Shown: piece after piece, positions 31,846 to 43,116 of the stretch
Layout: every line of letters starts with the position of its first letter
Position numbering within the stretch: position 1 is the stretch's first letter
Assembly: GCA_963575745.1 (NCBI GenBank)
Contig: CAUYUJ010000131.1
Span: 62,001-117,808, forward strand
DNA from: Prorocentrum cordatum
Taxonomy: Eukaryota
Length of the DNA stretch: 55,808 bases
Reading direction: 5' to 3'
Translations under genes and position numbers: made by a program
Notes under the pieces: model-generated
The model's input: only the letters and a program-made list of their open reading frames with translations
The model's database searches: none
Told to the model about the DNA's origin: nothing

Positions 31846-34800
31846 ATGGATCGCCGACGCGCCCCCTGGGAGGAGGAGGCGGCGACGCGCTCGCGGATGC
31901 GAGCGGAGGCCGCGCAGTCCCAGGCCCCGCTTCGTGAGAAGGCCATGCGGTGGTTAGGTGCGCCCCAGAGCCGCGCGGAGTTGGCGGCCGCCTCCAGGGA
32001 CTTCCTAGCCCTGCTGCACCTGGCTCCGGCGTGGCCAGATGGGGTGACTCGCCATGCGGGCACCGAAGCTGGCCCCCTATGGGCCTTCGCAGTGGAGCTG
32101 CAACATTTTCTCGCGCGCGCGCTGCTCCCGTCGCTGATGGCGCTTCCCGGGATCTCTCGCATTGTGGGGGGGCCCTACGTTGGGGGAGTTCCCCAGGCTG
32201 CTGCCGCAGAAGCGGCTGGGCGCGTCCTGGGGCCTGTCCCGCCCGCGCGCCCACTCTTCCGCATTGCCACGCTGAACCCGGGCCGCACGGGTTTTCTGCA
32301 CCTTGGTACGGACTTAATTCTTGAGTGGCGCCTGGAGGCAGTCGCACACGCTCTTGTCGAGCATGGCGTTGATGTCTGTATCCTGCCTGGCTCGCGGTTC
32401 CCGCCGGGCGCGTGGTTACCGCCAGGCTTTCCTTTTGTTTGGATTGGCCCGACGTCCACGGAGTGGGACACCGTGGGCCTCTTCGTGAGGCCCGAGTTGG
32501 AGCAGGCTGTCAGATTCGTTCCGGAGGCGTCGTCGGCGCGTGAGCAGTGGTTTGAAGTTTGGCCCTCCGCGTCGGCGCGCTCTCCGTGCCTCGTTCTCTG
32601 TGCCATGTACCCTGTCCATGGAGGAGACAGGGACACGTGGTCCTCTATCGTTGCCCATGCCGCGGAGTTTCAGGCCAAGTACCCGCTTGCCCGGCTTTTA
32701 ATTGGGGGTGACGGGAACGTGCACCTCACATACGTCGTCTCGCATGCGGTGACCTGCCGCTGCCTGCACTGCTCCCAACGCGGCCCTGACAGAGATATCC
32801 AGGCACTGCTGGACAGGGCTAACCTCAGGGCGTTCAACCCCCCCAAGCCGACCCACTCCTCCGGCACGTGCATTGACATTTTTATAGGTTTGCGCGGCGA
32901 CCCCCTACCTGTCCAGGTGGTGGAAGATTTCATAGCCCTTTCGGATCACAAGCTCGTCCTACTGGATGCGCCCTGTCTGGTCGAGCCGCACTTGGCCGCT
33001 GGCTTTGGTCGAGTAGCGTGGACCTCAGGTGCTGAATGGGAGGCCAGCCTCAGTGAGGTTGCGCCAACTTTGGCCGCGCTCGCCCACGCGGTTGAGCTTC
33101 TCCTGGAGTCCCAGTGGTTGCGCCCGGCCTGGCACGGAGGCTCGGCCACGAGGCTCCATCGCCGCGCAGTCCTAAATGTGGCTGCATGGTGCCGCGATGC
33201 AGTGTACACTATTGTTGGCCATGGCTCAGGAGCTGTCCGCCTTGTCGGGGGACCCGCGAGAGCGAGGGCACCAGCTGCGGTGCCGCTAGCCCCCTCCGCT
33301 TTTTCTAGCTTTGCTGACTTTAAACGGGCGACTGAAGAAGCAGCCTGGCAACAGCGTCGGAAGTCGGTGCACCGTTACCTACGCCTCCGGGAAATTAATA
33401 AAGGCGCCGCGGAGCGCTTCTTGTCTGGATTTTTCAAGGACGCGGACAGATTTGATATCCAGCTCGTCAGCCCAGTGACAGGGCGCACCCAGTCCACGAG
33501 CGAGATGCTCGATGCAATTCAGGCGGACCTGTTGGGGCGCGCTCAGAACGATTTCCCCCAATGCCCTGTGGAGAGGGACCGCATGTCTCGCGTGGTCTCA
33601 GGGATCCGGCGCGCAGGAGCCGCGTCCGGGCCCGAGCGCGCGCAGCCACTGTACAGCGAGACCGAAGTCGAAGAGGCCATTGCCTTGTTGAAGCTTGGTA
33701 AACGGACTGTGCATTTGTGCAACGCAGCGGTGAAGGCGCCAGTTCAAGAGGGTTTCCGCCTAACGCGGGCGCTGTTGAACTTGGGCCGCCGCCTTTGTGT
33801 CACGTCTCGCTTCTGGTCTCTCCGGCAGTTTTCACCTCTTCGGAAATCAGGCCCTCCCGTGGTCAGAAAGGTCTCTGCCCTTCGACCCGTGTCCTTCGCC
33901 AGCGACATGGCGTCTGTGCAAGACGCTTTGTGGATAGCGCGGAATGGGGCCCTCATTGAGGCATATTGCGGTGCAGCCCAACAGGGCGGGGTTGGAGACC
34001 CTGTATCCCAGGTTCTTGCCCTTGTCCTCAATGCGCAGCTACGACGCGCGTTTGACTGCCCAACCTGGTGGGCCATAGCTGACAATAAATGGGCTTTCGA
34101 TGTCGCCTCGATCGACGGCATGCTCCTCGGTGCATACAGCGCCGGGGTCGAGGGGGCCGATTGGCTCCTCTTGGACGACATCCTGGCCCAAGACCAACAG
34201 ACAGTGGGGCTCCACGGCCTGCTCTCTCCGGTCTTTTTCTTGAAATGTGGAACTGCCCAAGGTCGTCGCTTCTCCGTGCATATTTGTAACGCGCAGCTAC
34301 GCGCGCTGCGTGACGAAATCTCGGAAGCACTACCCGGTGGATGCGCTTCCTGCATCCCGCTGCTGATCAGAAGCGCCCTTTTGGATGCGGCCATTGCTAC
34401 GCCCCCCGCATGTAGGGAAAGCATGCCCTGGCGAGACCTGCCGGTTCAGGAGTTTAAGTCGAGTGTTGCGGGCATCTTAGAGCAGGCGGCCCCCCTTGCG
34501 GCGTCTGCTGAAGAGCGGCTCCGTGGCGTCTTCCAACGCCTCCCGGTGGAGGCGGACCGAGTGGCGCTTGCCGAGGCTACAGGGTCTTTCCATTTGCCTC
34601 CGGTTCAATTTGTCGACGATATCACCACGCCGTGCCCGTCTGAGGGCGCCGTGCGGGCAGTGATCTCCGATGAGAGCACCTCGGCATGTAGTCGCTATGC
34701 GTTCCGCATGAAGTCCTCGTTCACGTATGAGCGTGACAAGACATGCGTTTTGCCCTTGCTTGGTGCCCCGATCCCAGGCCGACCAGGTTGCCCAGTCGTA

Positions 34801-35808
34801 TCTCAGAAACACCTCCTCGGTGTTCTTGTCGATTCAGGGCTGACTTTTGGCCCGCTGCTGAACGAGCTCTGTGCTATCGGCGACTCCTGTTTCAAGAAGT
34901 TGCTTTTCGCGGCGGAGAGCGGAGGTTTTTCTGTGCCGGTGGCGGCCGCGCAGGTGCCGCCTCGTGTTGAGGCAGCTGTTCTTTTTGCGTGTCCGCTCCT
35001 TGCAGGAGTCCCTGGCGCCGAGGCTCGTTTCAACAAGCTTCAGGTGGGGTGGGGCCGCCGACTGCTGGGATGCCACGGCGGGCCGCCCATCAAGCACGTC
35101 GTGGTGGTCGCGCAATGCGGCTGGCGCATGCGAATGGGCACCCGGTTCATCGAGCGTGCGCTCATGGCTCGGGCTCGGCTAACCGTGCTCCCGCCCGACC
35201 ATCCTGGCGCAATCATGTACCGTGCTTCGCGCGCCCTCTGCGTCCCCACCTGGCTCTCGGACGCAGCGGCGCTGGCTTCCCGCCTGCCAGACCCGCCTCC
35301 TGACCTGGATTCTCACCCTTTGTTTCCCCCGGAGGCCCTCCGCGCTGCCCAGCTCGACCCAGCCCGAAGGAAGGTCCTCCTGCGGGAGTATCGGCGCTTT
35401 GCCTTGCGCCCGGCACTCCTCAGATACGACCAGCAGGCCTTCGCAGCGGGGGCCTCGCGGGTTTTGCCGAGCCTCAATCGGTCCTTTGCAGCGCTGTGCC
35501 CTGGTCCAGCACTCCCCGATGAGGGCATGCTGACCTGGGAGCCGGGGCCCTCCTTTTGGAGGTACTACCGTCTTTGGGCAGTCGCCCGGATGACGGGGGC
35601 ATGGCCGCTGCCTGTGTTAGGCGAGGTGGAACTCCCAGAAACCATCCCAGTGTGCCGTGCATGCCGCAGGCGCGGTGTCTCGCTCCGGCATGTCCTCGTT
35701 CGCTGTCCGGCCTTAGACCGGGCGCGCAAGGCACTGCCAGGCGTGGGGGAGGGCCGCGTTGGGCCGTCCGTCACTCCTGACTTGCTCTTGCAGATGCTTT
35801 TTTTGTGA
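31846..35808 (+). CDS. LINE ORF2-B: APE endonuclease, RT, knuckle; frameshift in a T run near the C-terminus
   Basis: ATLNPG, GGDGNVH, LSDH, LRPVS, ADNKWAFD, GTAQG, QFVDD, CRAC..RHVLVRC. The homologous tail (FCEGAEPVARASHIVFVG) continues in another frame to ~35960. Confidence 0.92.
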   Translation: MDRRRAPWEEEAATRSRMRAEAAQSQAPLREKAMRWLGAPQSRAELAAASRDFLALLHLAPAWPDGVTRHAGTEAGPLWAFAVELQHFLARALLPSLMALPGISRIVGGPYVGGVPQAAAAEAAGRVLGPVPPARPLFRIATLNPGRTGFLHLGTDLILEWRLEAVAHALVEHGVDVCILPGSRFPPGAWLPPGFPFVWIGPTSTEWDTVGLFVRPELEQAVRFVPEASSAREQWFEVWPSASARSPCLVLCAMYPVHGGDRDTWSSIVAHAAEFQAKYPLARLLIGGDGNVHLTYVVSHAVTCRCLHCSQRGPDRDIQALLDRANLRAFNPPKPTHSSGTCIDIFIGLRGDPLPVQVVEDFIALSDHKLVLLDAPCLVEPHLAAGFGRVAWTSGAEWEASLSEVAPTLAALAHAVELLLESQWLRPAWHGGSATRLHRRAVLNVAAWCRDAVYTIVGHGSGAVRLVGGPARARAPAAVPLAPSAFSSFADFKRATEEAAWQQRRKSVHRYLRLREINKGAAERFLSGFFKDADRFDIQLVSPVTGRTQSTSEMLDAIQADLLGRAQNDFPQCPVERDRMSRVVSGIRRAGAASGPERAQPLYSETEVEEAIALLKLGKRTVHLCNAAVKAPVQEGFRLTRALLNLGRRLCVTSRFWSLRQFSPLRKSGPPVVRKVSALRPVSFASDMASVQDALWIARNGALIEAYCGAAQQGGVGDPVSQVLALVLNAQLRRAFDCPTWWAIADNKWAFDVASIDGMLLGAYSAGVEGADWLLLDDILAQDQQTVGLHGLLSPVFFLKCGTAQGRRFSVHICNAQLRALRDEISEALPGGCASCIPLLIRSALLDAAIATPPACRESMPWRDLPVQEFKSSVAGILEQAAPLAASAEERLRGVFQRLPVEADRVALAEATGSFHLPPVQFVDDITTPCPSEGAVRAVISDESTSACSRYAFRMKSSFTYERDKTCVLPLLGAPIPGRPGCPVVSQKHLLGVLVDSGLTFGPLLNELCAIGDSCFKKLLFAAESGGFSVPVAAAQVPPRVEAAVLFACPLLAGVPGAEARFNKLQVGWGRRLLGCHGGPPIKHVVVVAQCGWRMRMGTRFIERALMARARLTVLPPDHPGAIMYRASRALCVPTWLSDAAALASRLPDPPPDLDSHPLFPPEALRAAQLDPARRKVLLREYRRFALRPALLRYDQQAFAAGASRVLPSLNRSFAALCPGPALPDEGMLTWEPGPSFWRYYRLWAVARMTGAWPLPVLGEVELPETIPVCRACRRRGVSLRHVLVRCPALDRARKALPGVGEGRVGPSVTPDLLLQMLFL

Positions 35809-36712
35809 GGGCGCGGAACCTGTGGCCCGTGCCAGCCACATTGTTTTCGTGGGCCGCGCAATCCTGCGCGCGGCCCCCAGGCCGGCCTCCTCCTCCTCCT
35901 CCTTTTCCTCCTCCTCCTCCTCCTCCTCCTCCTCCTCCTCCTCCTCCGCCTGCCATTCTTAGCTTGCTGCGTTAGGGCGCGCCGCGCGCCCTTCCATCGC
36001 TGCCCCCCTCGCGTGGCTGGTCCGGGGGGCACTGTCCGCCTCTGGCGGGGGGGGCGCCGTGGTCGCCAGGGGGCCTGAGAGGGCCGGGGGCCTTCACGCG
36101 CGGTGGCTGCATCAGCAGTGGGATCGCGAAGGGGCGGGCCGCCAAAATGCTTTCATTTCGCTTGTTTGCCCATGTCCCCCCTTGCCCGTCCTCCCGTGGT
36201 CTTGCGATCTTGCCCTCTCTCTGTCTCCCTGTCTCTTGCTCTCTCGGTCTCTCTCTCTCTCTCTCTCTCTCCGCTGGTCTAGGTAAGTGTCGCTTCCTGT
36301 GGATTGATCTGATCTCACGATTGTGTTTCCCCGTCCGTCTCCCTGCTGCTCCCGCCTCCCTTGCTCGTCTGTCTTATTGCTTCCCATAGCGTGTCTTGAC
36401 ACCTCAATGGCCCCTTCAATTGTTGCTTGCGCTCCTTTCTCTTGCATGTCTGACTTGCCTGCCCCCCGTCGACGTCGTCCGCCGCCTGCGTTCTGCGGGC
36501 GGGGGGGGAACGTTGGACCCCCCGCGCCACTCGTCACGCACCAGCCGGGGGAGGAAGGGGTGTGAGAGACCACCGCCTTGCCTCCGTCGGCTGGATGGCT
36601 CAGACCTGCACCCCTGTGGCAGTCCTGAGTCGCAGCGGCCGCGGGGCCGGGCGCCGGGCGACCGGCGCGCGGACCCGTGGACGGCTGTGTATAAGCGAAA
36701 TGTGAAATGTGA

Positions 36713-37122
36713 TGAGGCTATCCAGCGCCTCATTCAAAGCCAAGACGGCGCTCGCCCAGGTGAAGCAGGACGTGGCCGAGGCCAGCCTAAGCATGCTGGC
36801 GCCCGGGAGCGTTTCTGGCAGTAAGAAAAGCCTCGCCCGAGCCAAGATGGTGCGCTCCACCATCTTGGTACCCAGTCGCAAATGCCACCCGCACTGTGCA
36901 ATGACAACCTCGTCCGGCAGCGCTGGAACTATGGCGCAGCCGCGAAGGCGACGGGCCCAGGACGCTTGCAAAGAGTCCAGCGAGTAGCGGGCGCGCGGAG
37001 CAAGGAAGAGGAAAGGGGACGGGTAAAGCAACGCCGAGTCCACGCGCAAGGGCACCTGGGCCCACAAGACTGGGAGACCCAAGCCGCCCGTCTCCCGAGC
37101 AGAGAATAAGGATTCAAACAAG

Positions 37123-37124
<2 letters not shown>
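36713..37124 (-). pseudogene. Antisense LINE ORF2 fragment (post-thumb region)
   Basis: DLFESLFSARETGG...AQVPLRVDSALLY...VVIAQCGWHLRLGTKMVER aligns with ORF2-A and ORF2-B. Confidence 0.88.
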
Positions 37125-37153
<29 letters not shown>

Positions 37154-38120
37154 CCTCTCCCAGTCCCAGTCCCAGTCCCTGGCCGAGTCCGCAGCGAAAG
37201 GGGCCGCTGCACCTGGCTCCCTCCGGCTGGCCCCCTGGCTGGGCTGCCGACGCCCGCGGTCGCCTTAGGCGGCCCGGCGGGCCCGCCAGCCACCGCGCGG
37301 TCTTCGCGCCGCCAGCCGCCGCCGCCCGCCGCCCGCCCGGCCGAGCCGCCCTGCGTGCCTCGGCCTCGGAGCCGCGGGAGCGCTCGAGGCCCTGGCCCGG
37401 CCGGCTCCGCTCCGTGCCCGGGCAAGGCCGCCCGCGAAGGCCGCCAGAGCTGCCCCAGCCCGGCGGCCCGCGGCCGCAGCGCCCGCCGGCCCTGCCCGCC
37501 TGCCGTAACCCACGACGTCGGGTCCCAGCTTCGCGTCCAGCATCGCGCTGAGCAGCACGAATGCCTGTTGCCACTGCCCCCTCTTCTCGCCCGCGCTGAT
37601 CCCAGCATTGTAGCTGATGACACTTGGCGCCACCTTCGCCTCCCTCATCTCGCTGGGCAGCGAGAGAGCCCGCTGCCACTGCTCGCCGTTCGTGCACGCG
37701 CTGATCCCAGAGCTGTAGCTGATGACACTTGGCTCCACCTTCGCCTCCCGCATCCCGCTGAGCAGTGGGAGAGCCTGCTGCCACTGCTCGCCGTTCGCAC
37801 ACGCTCTGATCCCAGGGCTGATCCCAGAGTTGTAGCTGATGGCATCTGGCTCCGACCTCACTTCCCACATCTCGCAGAACAGCGATAGAGCCCGCTGCCA
37901 CTGCTCGCCTTTCGTACGCGCGCTGATCCCAAAGCTGTAGCTGTTAACATTCGGCTCCGATCTCACTTCCCACATCCCGCTGAGCAGTGATAGAGCCCGC
38001 TGCCACTGCTCGTCTTTCGCGCACGCGCTGATCCCAGAGCTATAGCTGATGGCATCTGGCTCCACCTTCGCCTCCCACATCTCGCTGAGCAGCGATAGAG
38101 CCCGCTGCCACTGCCACTGC
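37125..38120 (-). pseudogene. Polyadenylated PPR (pentatricopeptide repeat) retrocopy
   Basis: About 5-6 35-aa repeats (QWQRALSLLSEMxEAKVEPDxISYxSGISAC), a GC-rich 3' part and a 29-nt poly(A) (T run at 37125-37153). Confidence 0.88.
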
Positions 38121-38285
38121 TTGCCTTTAGCCAGCGTGGCCCAAAGGAGTGGGACAAAAGTGAGACGGGCATCAAAGAAGACCCCCAAGAGAAGCTTTGT
38201 GTCCACCACTGGGCATCCGACATCACCCTCGCCTCCCTATACAATGCTCCCAATCCACGTCCTTGGTGGACAGTAGCAGCTGCCA
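38121..38285 (-). pseudogene. Antisense LINE ORF2 fragment (RT motif 7/thumb start)
   Basis: GCPVVDTKLLLGVFFDARLTFVPLLWATLAKG matches GCPVVSQKHLLGVLVDSGLTFGPLL of ORF2-B. Confidence 0.85.
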
Positions 38286-39571
38286 CCAGACTCCCGTTCT
38301 GATGCCGTCCTTGCGCTGGGGGGTCGAGATTTTTCCTGTGCGGGGTCTTCGCCTAGCTTGTGCTGCACAATCACGATCCCCACCTCATTGTGTCCCTCAC
38401 GACGCCCTACCGCCTGTTCCCCTGCATCTTGCGCGCCCTTCTTCGTCTACTACGGCGGCGCGCTCCGACGGGGCTTCTCCGACCAAGAGCCCCAGGAGTG
38501 GCGCCCCATGCCCCCGAACCTCGCTGGGCCCACTAGGGGGCACGCCCTCCCCAGGGACGCCAACAGCAACCCAGGCCCCAACCCGCGAGAGCTGCTGTAG
38601 ACACTTCTTCTGGTCCGACAACCTACCCCCCCTGCCGTCCAGCAGACCAGCGCGCGCCCGCTGTGGCCTTTGCTTGCGCGGCGGTTCTCTGCCCCACTTG
38701 CGCCCCCCGTCGCAAACAAAGATCCTACGCGTGCTCTCTGCGGACAGCACACACGGGACCACGCACTGAACGCAGCCGAGGCCCGGCCCGTGTGCGACCC
38801 TCGCAGCCACAACCTCCAGGTGCCCCCGCAGGACACAGCAATCACAAGTCTTCCCTTCGACCGTCTCTCCAGGGTGGCCGTGGTCCTTCTCACGCCGGCG
38901 CCAAACGCACGCGATCGTGTAAACGCCGGGCAGCGAGGCTGCGACGTGCACGCGCCAGGGGACCTCCCGGCAGCGCCGAAACCTGTGCCGCTGCCACTGC
39001 CCTTCTACGCTGCTGCCCCCCCCCTCCCGATCTGGCCCACCGCCTGCTCTCTCCTCCGCCAGTTGGCTGCCAGTTGGCTGCCAGTTGGCTGCTCAAGCGC
39101 TGGGCGACTTTGCCTTCACCAAGGGCACTTCCAACAAAGCTGGCGAGTGCACCAAGAAGCCTTGTCGGCCTCGACAAACCTTCTCCTGCCCAGGGCAGGC
39201 CAAAACCAAACGCTGCGCTTGTCCACTTTGGCTTTCGGTCGTCGCCGACGTGGCAGACGAGCGCACAGCAAGGAAAGGCCACCTTAAGAACAACCCCGCG
39301 GAGGCCGCGCAGGAGGTGGCCAGAACCGAGCGGTCCAATGAAGCGAAGTAGACACGGATGACTGCACCCTCGGCGTCTTCCGCGTAGACATCCGCCCTTC
39401 CTGCGCGAGAGGCCCTTTGGCGCACGCACCATCTGCCAGGTCGATATTGCCCTCGTGGACGCTGGCGTCGCTCCTCTCCTGCGGGCCTCCGGGACCTCAG
39501 GCTGAGCCCGAGCGAGAGTCCACCAGTCCCGCAGCTTCGCTTGCGCGCGACACGTCTGCCCCCGCCCCCCG

Positions 39572-39635
39572 CCACCACCACCACCACCACCACCACCACC
39601 ACCACCACCACCACCACCACCACCACCATCACCGC
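39572..39635. repeat. (CAC)n microsatellite
   Basis: Direct sequence. Confidence 0.95.
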
Positions 39636-41026
39636 CACGAAAGAGAGCGGGAACAACAGCGAGTGAACTGCCACTCCCCCTCCCCCTCCCCCGTTTGCGC
39701 GCCGGCCGAGGTTCGCCACACCCCATCCACCGTGCCTGGCCGCCGCTGGCCTGCACTGCGCGGCCCCCGCCCCGCGATACATCCTTTCTCCCCCGGCGGG
39801 ACGGGTGGCCGCGGCACCTGCTCCTGAGGCCGGGGCGCCGCCTCACGCCAGGCTCCAGTCAGCGCTGGCCCAGGCCCCTCGAGTTCCCCACTTGGCCGAC
39901 ACATCGTGCCCGCGCATCTGCCGCAGTCTCCCAATCACAATTCCTGACCCTGCGGGCCGTCATCAGCGACCTGTCCATCGCGGCGTTTTGCGTGATGACC
40001 CCCCTCCCCCAGGCCTCGGGCGCGCTCCCTGATTGACCTTGGCCCACCTGCGACAATTTCCCCCTGCTGACGCTGCAACAGACACAGCACTGCAAACTTC
40101 GACCACCCCCCTCTCGACGACCACTCCCCAGGCAACCTTGGAGCAAGACCCCCATGTTGCGCGTCCTGGGGCCTTTCTTCGAACAAAAATCCGAGGTGAG
40201 GACCATCGAACTGACGATATCTGCCGCGCTGAGGACGCCCATGCGCGCTCCTTGCCCGGCCTGCGCCGCCCTTGTGGCCCTGGCTTTCCATCGAGGGCTT
40301 GCGCCCCCCCGCCTCGCTTGGCAGCCCCTGGCGGGACGGTGCCCCGCTCTGCTTCTCGGCCGCCGCGGTGGCCGACGCGCCGACTGGCTCGCCGGCTGTC
40401 GTGGCCCTGCTGCCTGCGACCTCTGCGGCCCCCCGCCGCCCACTGCCAGGCCTTCGCGGCCCCCGCCGCCCACTGCCAGGCCCCCCGCCGCCCACTGCCA
40501 GGCCCACTGTGCCCTTCTGCTTGCTCTGGCTGGCCTCGGCACCCGAGCACCAGGAGGCTCGTGGCCGCAGCCTCGTCCTCCCGCCGCCCCCCCCTGCCAT
40601 CCACGCCCGGATGGTCTGCGACGGCCGGCCGCTGCGAGACTCTGGGCGGTCTCTGAGGGCTCGGGCGTCTCATGGTGGCGCGCACGCGTTCGCTGCTTCA
40701 CGACCTCTTCCGCCCTGTCGCCGCGCGCAGGGCCGCGCGCAGGGCCGCGACGCCCCAAAAAATGCCCATAGGTATGAACAGAGCTAGATAACCACACTCT
40801 TCGAACCAAATCTCGTCAATCTACAAGGACTAATGTCTGCCGGTATGACTGCCTGCATGTCAGAAGAAGAAAAGAAAGAAGAAGAACAACAAAAAAAAAA
40901 AAGGAGGCGATCATAGATCCATCCATGTGAATGCATATATACACACATATGGTTCACGACTGTGTCGCTCTCACGTTATTCGTACCGATGTCGCTGTTAA
41001 TATGTCCGTCGGGATAACGTTCTATC

Positions 41027-41880
41027 CATACATACATACATACATACATACATACGTACATACATACATACATACATACATACATACATACATACATGCA
41101 TGCATGCATGCATACATACATACATACATACATACATACATACATACATACATACATGCATACATACATAGATACATGCATGCATACATACATATGTACA
41201 GGCAGACAGATGTGCGTAGATACATACATACACACACTCGCACATGCATGCATACATGAATATAGACATAAATGAAAAGAAACAAACCTGCTTGTGTTTG
41301 TACAGTTGTATGTGTATGTATACGGATAAGTATATGTGTGCGTGTGTACATGTAAATGTTCATGTATATGTATATGTGTATAGGTAAATTAACTCTATGT
41401 GTATGTGTACCTGTATATGTAAATGCATACGTATACTGCATGTATGTGTAGACGCAAATGTGTGATACATGCATGTGTATGCGCACGTGTATGTGTAAGT
41501 GGGTATGAAAAGTTAGAGCTAAATACACATGTGAATGTAAATGTAACTATGAGAGTATGAGCATAGGTACATGTATGCGTATATGTATGTGCATGTGTAC
41601 GTGAATATGTGTATGTGTACGTGGATGCATTGTGTACGTATGCGTAGTAGATGTGTACATGCATACATACATACATACAGACAGACAGACAGACATACAT
41701 ACATTCAGACATACCTCCATATACGTGTGTGGATTCACACGTGCTTGTGTAGGTATGTAGATAAGTAAGTCTGTATGTATGTCTGTATGGCTGTACGTAT
41801 GTATATGTATGTGTATGTGTCTGTCGGTTTGTATGTATGTATGTATGTATGTGGGTATGTATGTGTTTATGTATGTATGT
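41027..41880. repeat. (TACA)n/(TATG)n simple-repeat region with alternating orientation
   Basis: Direct sequence. Confidence 0.9.
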
Positions 41881-43054
41881 CTGTTGTTATCAACAACTTT
41901 CGGTTTTAACACTTGTCGAGAGATATTACTATCGATACTTCTGTCGGCCTCACTATCCGTTTATAGGGGTAACCGTCGGAGAAATCATCGGAGAACCCAG
42001 GAAAAAACAGTCGGGACAGAACTATGTCGACTAATCAATCCGTGAATTGGTCACACTATCAATATGTCGGCATTGTGATCAGTCTATCCGATCAGTCGAT
42101 CTATCGGTCCCACGTTCTATGTCTCGGGACACCCATCGGACGACCTTCCAGTCAGTACCTATATCCGTGGATCTACCAGTCTAACTATATAGCGGCCTCC
42201 CCCCTCTCACTGACAATTTATCAATCAATCGACCCCGCTATCTATGTATCGGGAGACAAGAGGGAGAACCATCGGGACAACGATCGTGACGTTCACCTCC
42301 AGTTGATACCAGGCAGCTGGGAGCACACATTGCTGGGCTCACGTGGAACATCCAGAGGCCTCGCGCTGAATAAATTTGCGGGCAGGGGCCGGCGTGCCCC
42401 ACCACGGAAGCGCCGAACGCCAGAAAGACGTCGGGCCGCATGCGTACCCAACTCTCGCACAAGCTGGCCGCGTCGTGTGTACAGTCGCATGTGCCACCAC
42501 CAGGAGCGCTGAGTGAGGAACGCAGGGGCCGCTCTGGCCACGGCGAACCTCGGCCACGAAAAAAGAACGGGCTCCACGACCCAGTCTCTCGAGGGGCGGG
42601 CCGACAAAAAACACGTCCCCATCCTGAGCCGAAGAAGGATCCCCTTACTTCAGCGTCCTGCCATGGGTACAGGCGAGGTCCTGGCTTTTCTTTTTTGCGC
42701 GCCCTGCCGACCTCAAGTCGGCTGTAGGCCAACTCTTGGTATTATTACTAATAAAAACAAATAAAAATATCAAAAGCATTTTTCAAAAACAAAAAATGTT
42801 TAACACTTTGTATAAGAACAAACTATTCACTCTTTTATACAGACCATTGTTTTGTCGGCGGCCTGCACCCCGCGAGGCCAGGCGTGGAGGAGCTGGAGGC
42901 ACGGGGCCCGGACGCGCGCGCACGCGCGCGGGCCTGGCGGCGGCGCCGCCATCGCGGCCCGGGCAGGCCCGCCCCGAGGCAACGCGCACGAGGTCGGGAG
43001 AAGAGGGCGAGGGGCAACGAGGGGAGGGACTGGCCTCAGGGGGGGGGGAGGGAG

Positions 43055-43116
43055 AGGAGGAGGAGGAGGAGGAGGAGGAGGAGGAGGAGGAGGAGGAGGA
43101 GGAGGAGGAGGAGGAG
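43055..43116. repeat. (GAG)n microsatellite
   Basis: Direct sequence. Confidence 0.95.

Larger units (their letters stand above)
26130..36712 (+). mobile_element. LINE copy B, 5'-truncated within ORF0, nested in an antisense LINE
   Basis: Flanks are consecutive pieces of one minus-strand ORF2; same ORF order as copy A; ends in (GAAATGT)2. Confidence 0.72.

Noticed and set aside
35796..35808. Programmed frameshift at the end of ORF2-B
   Set aside because: It falls in a T homopolymer and copy A reads through in frame; more likely a sequencing error or mutation
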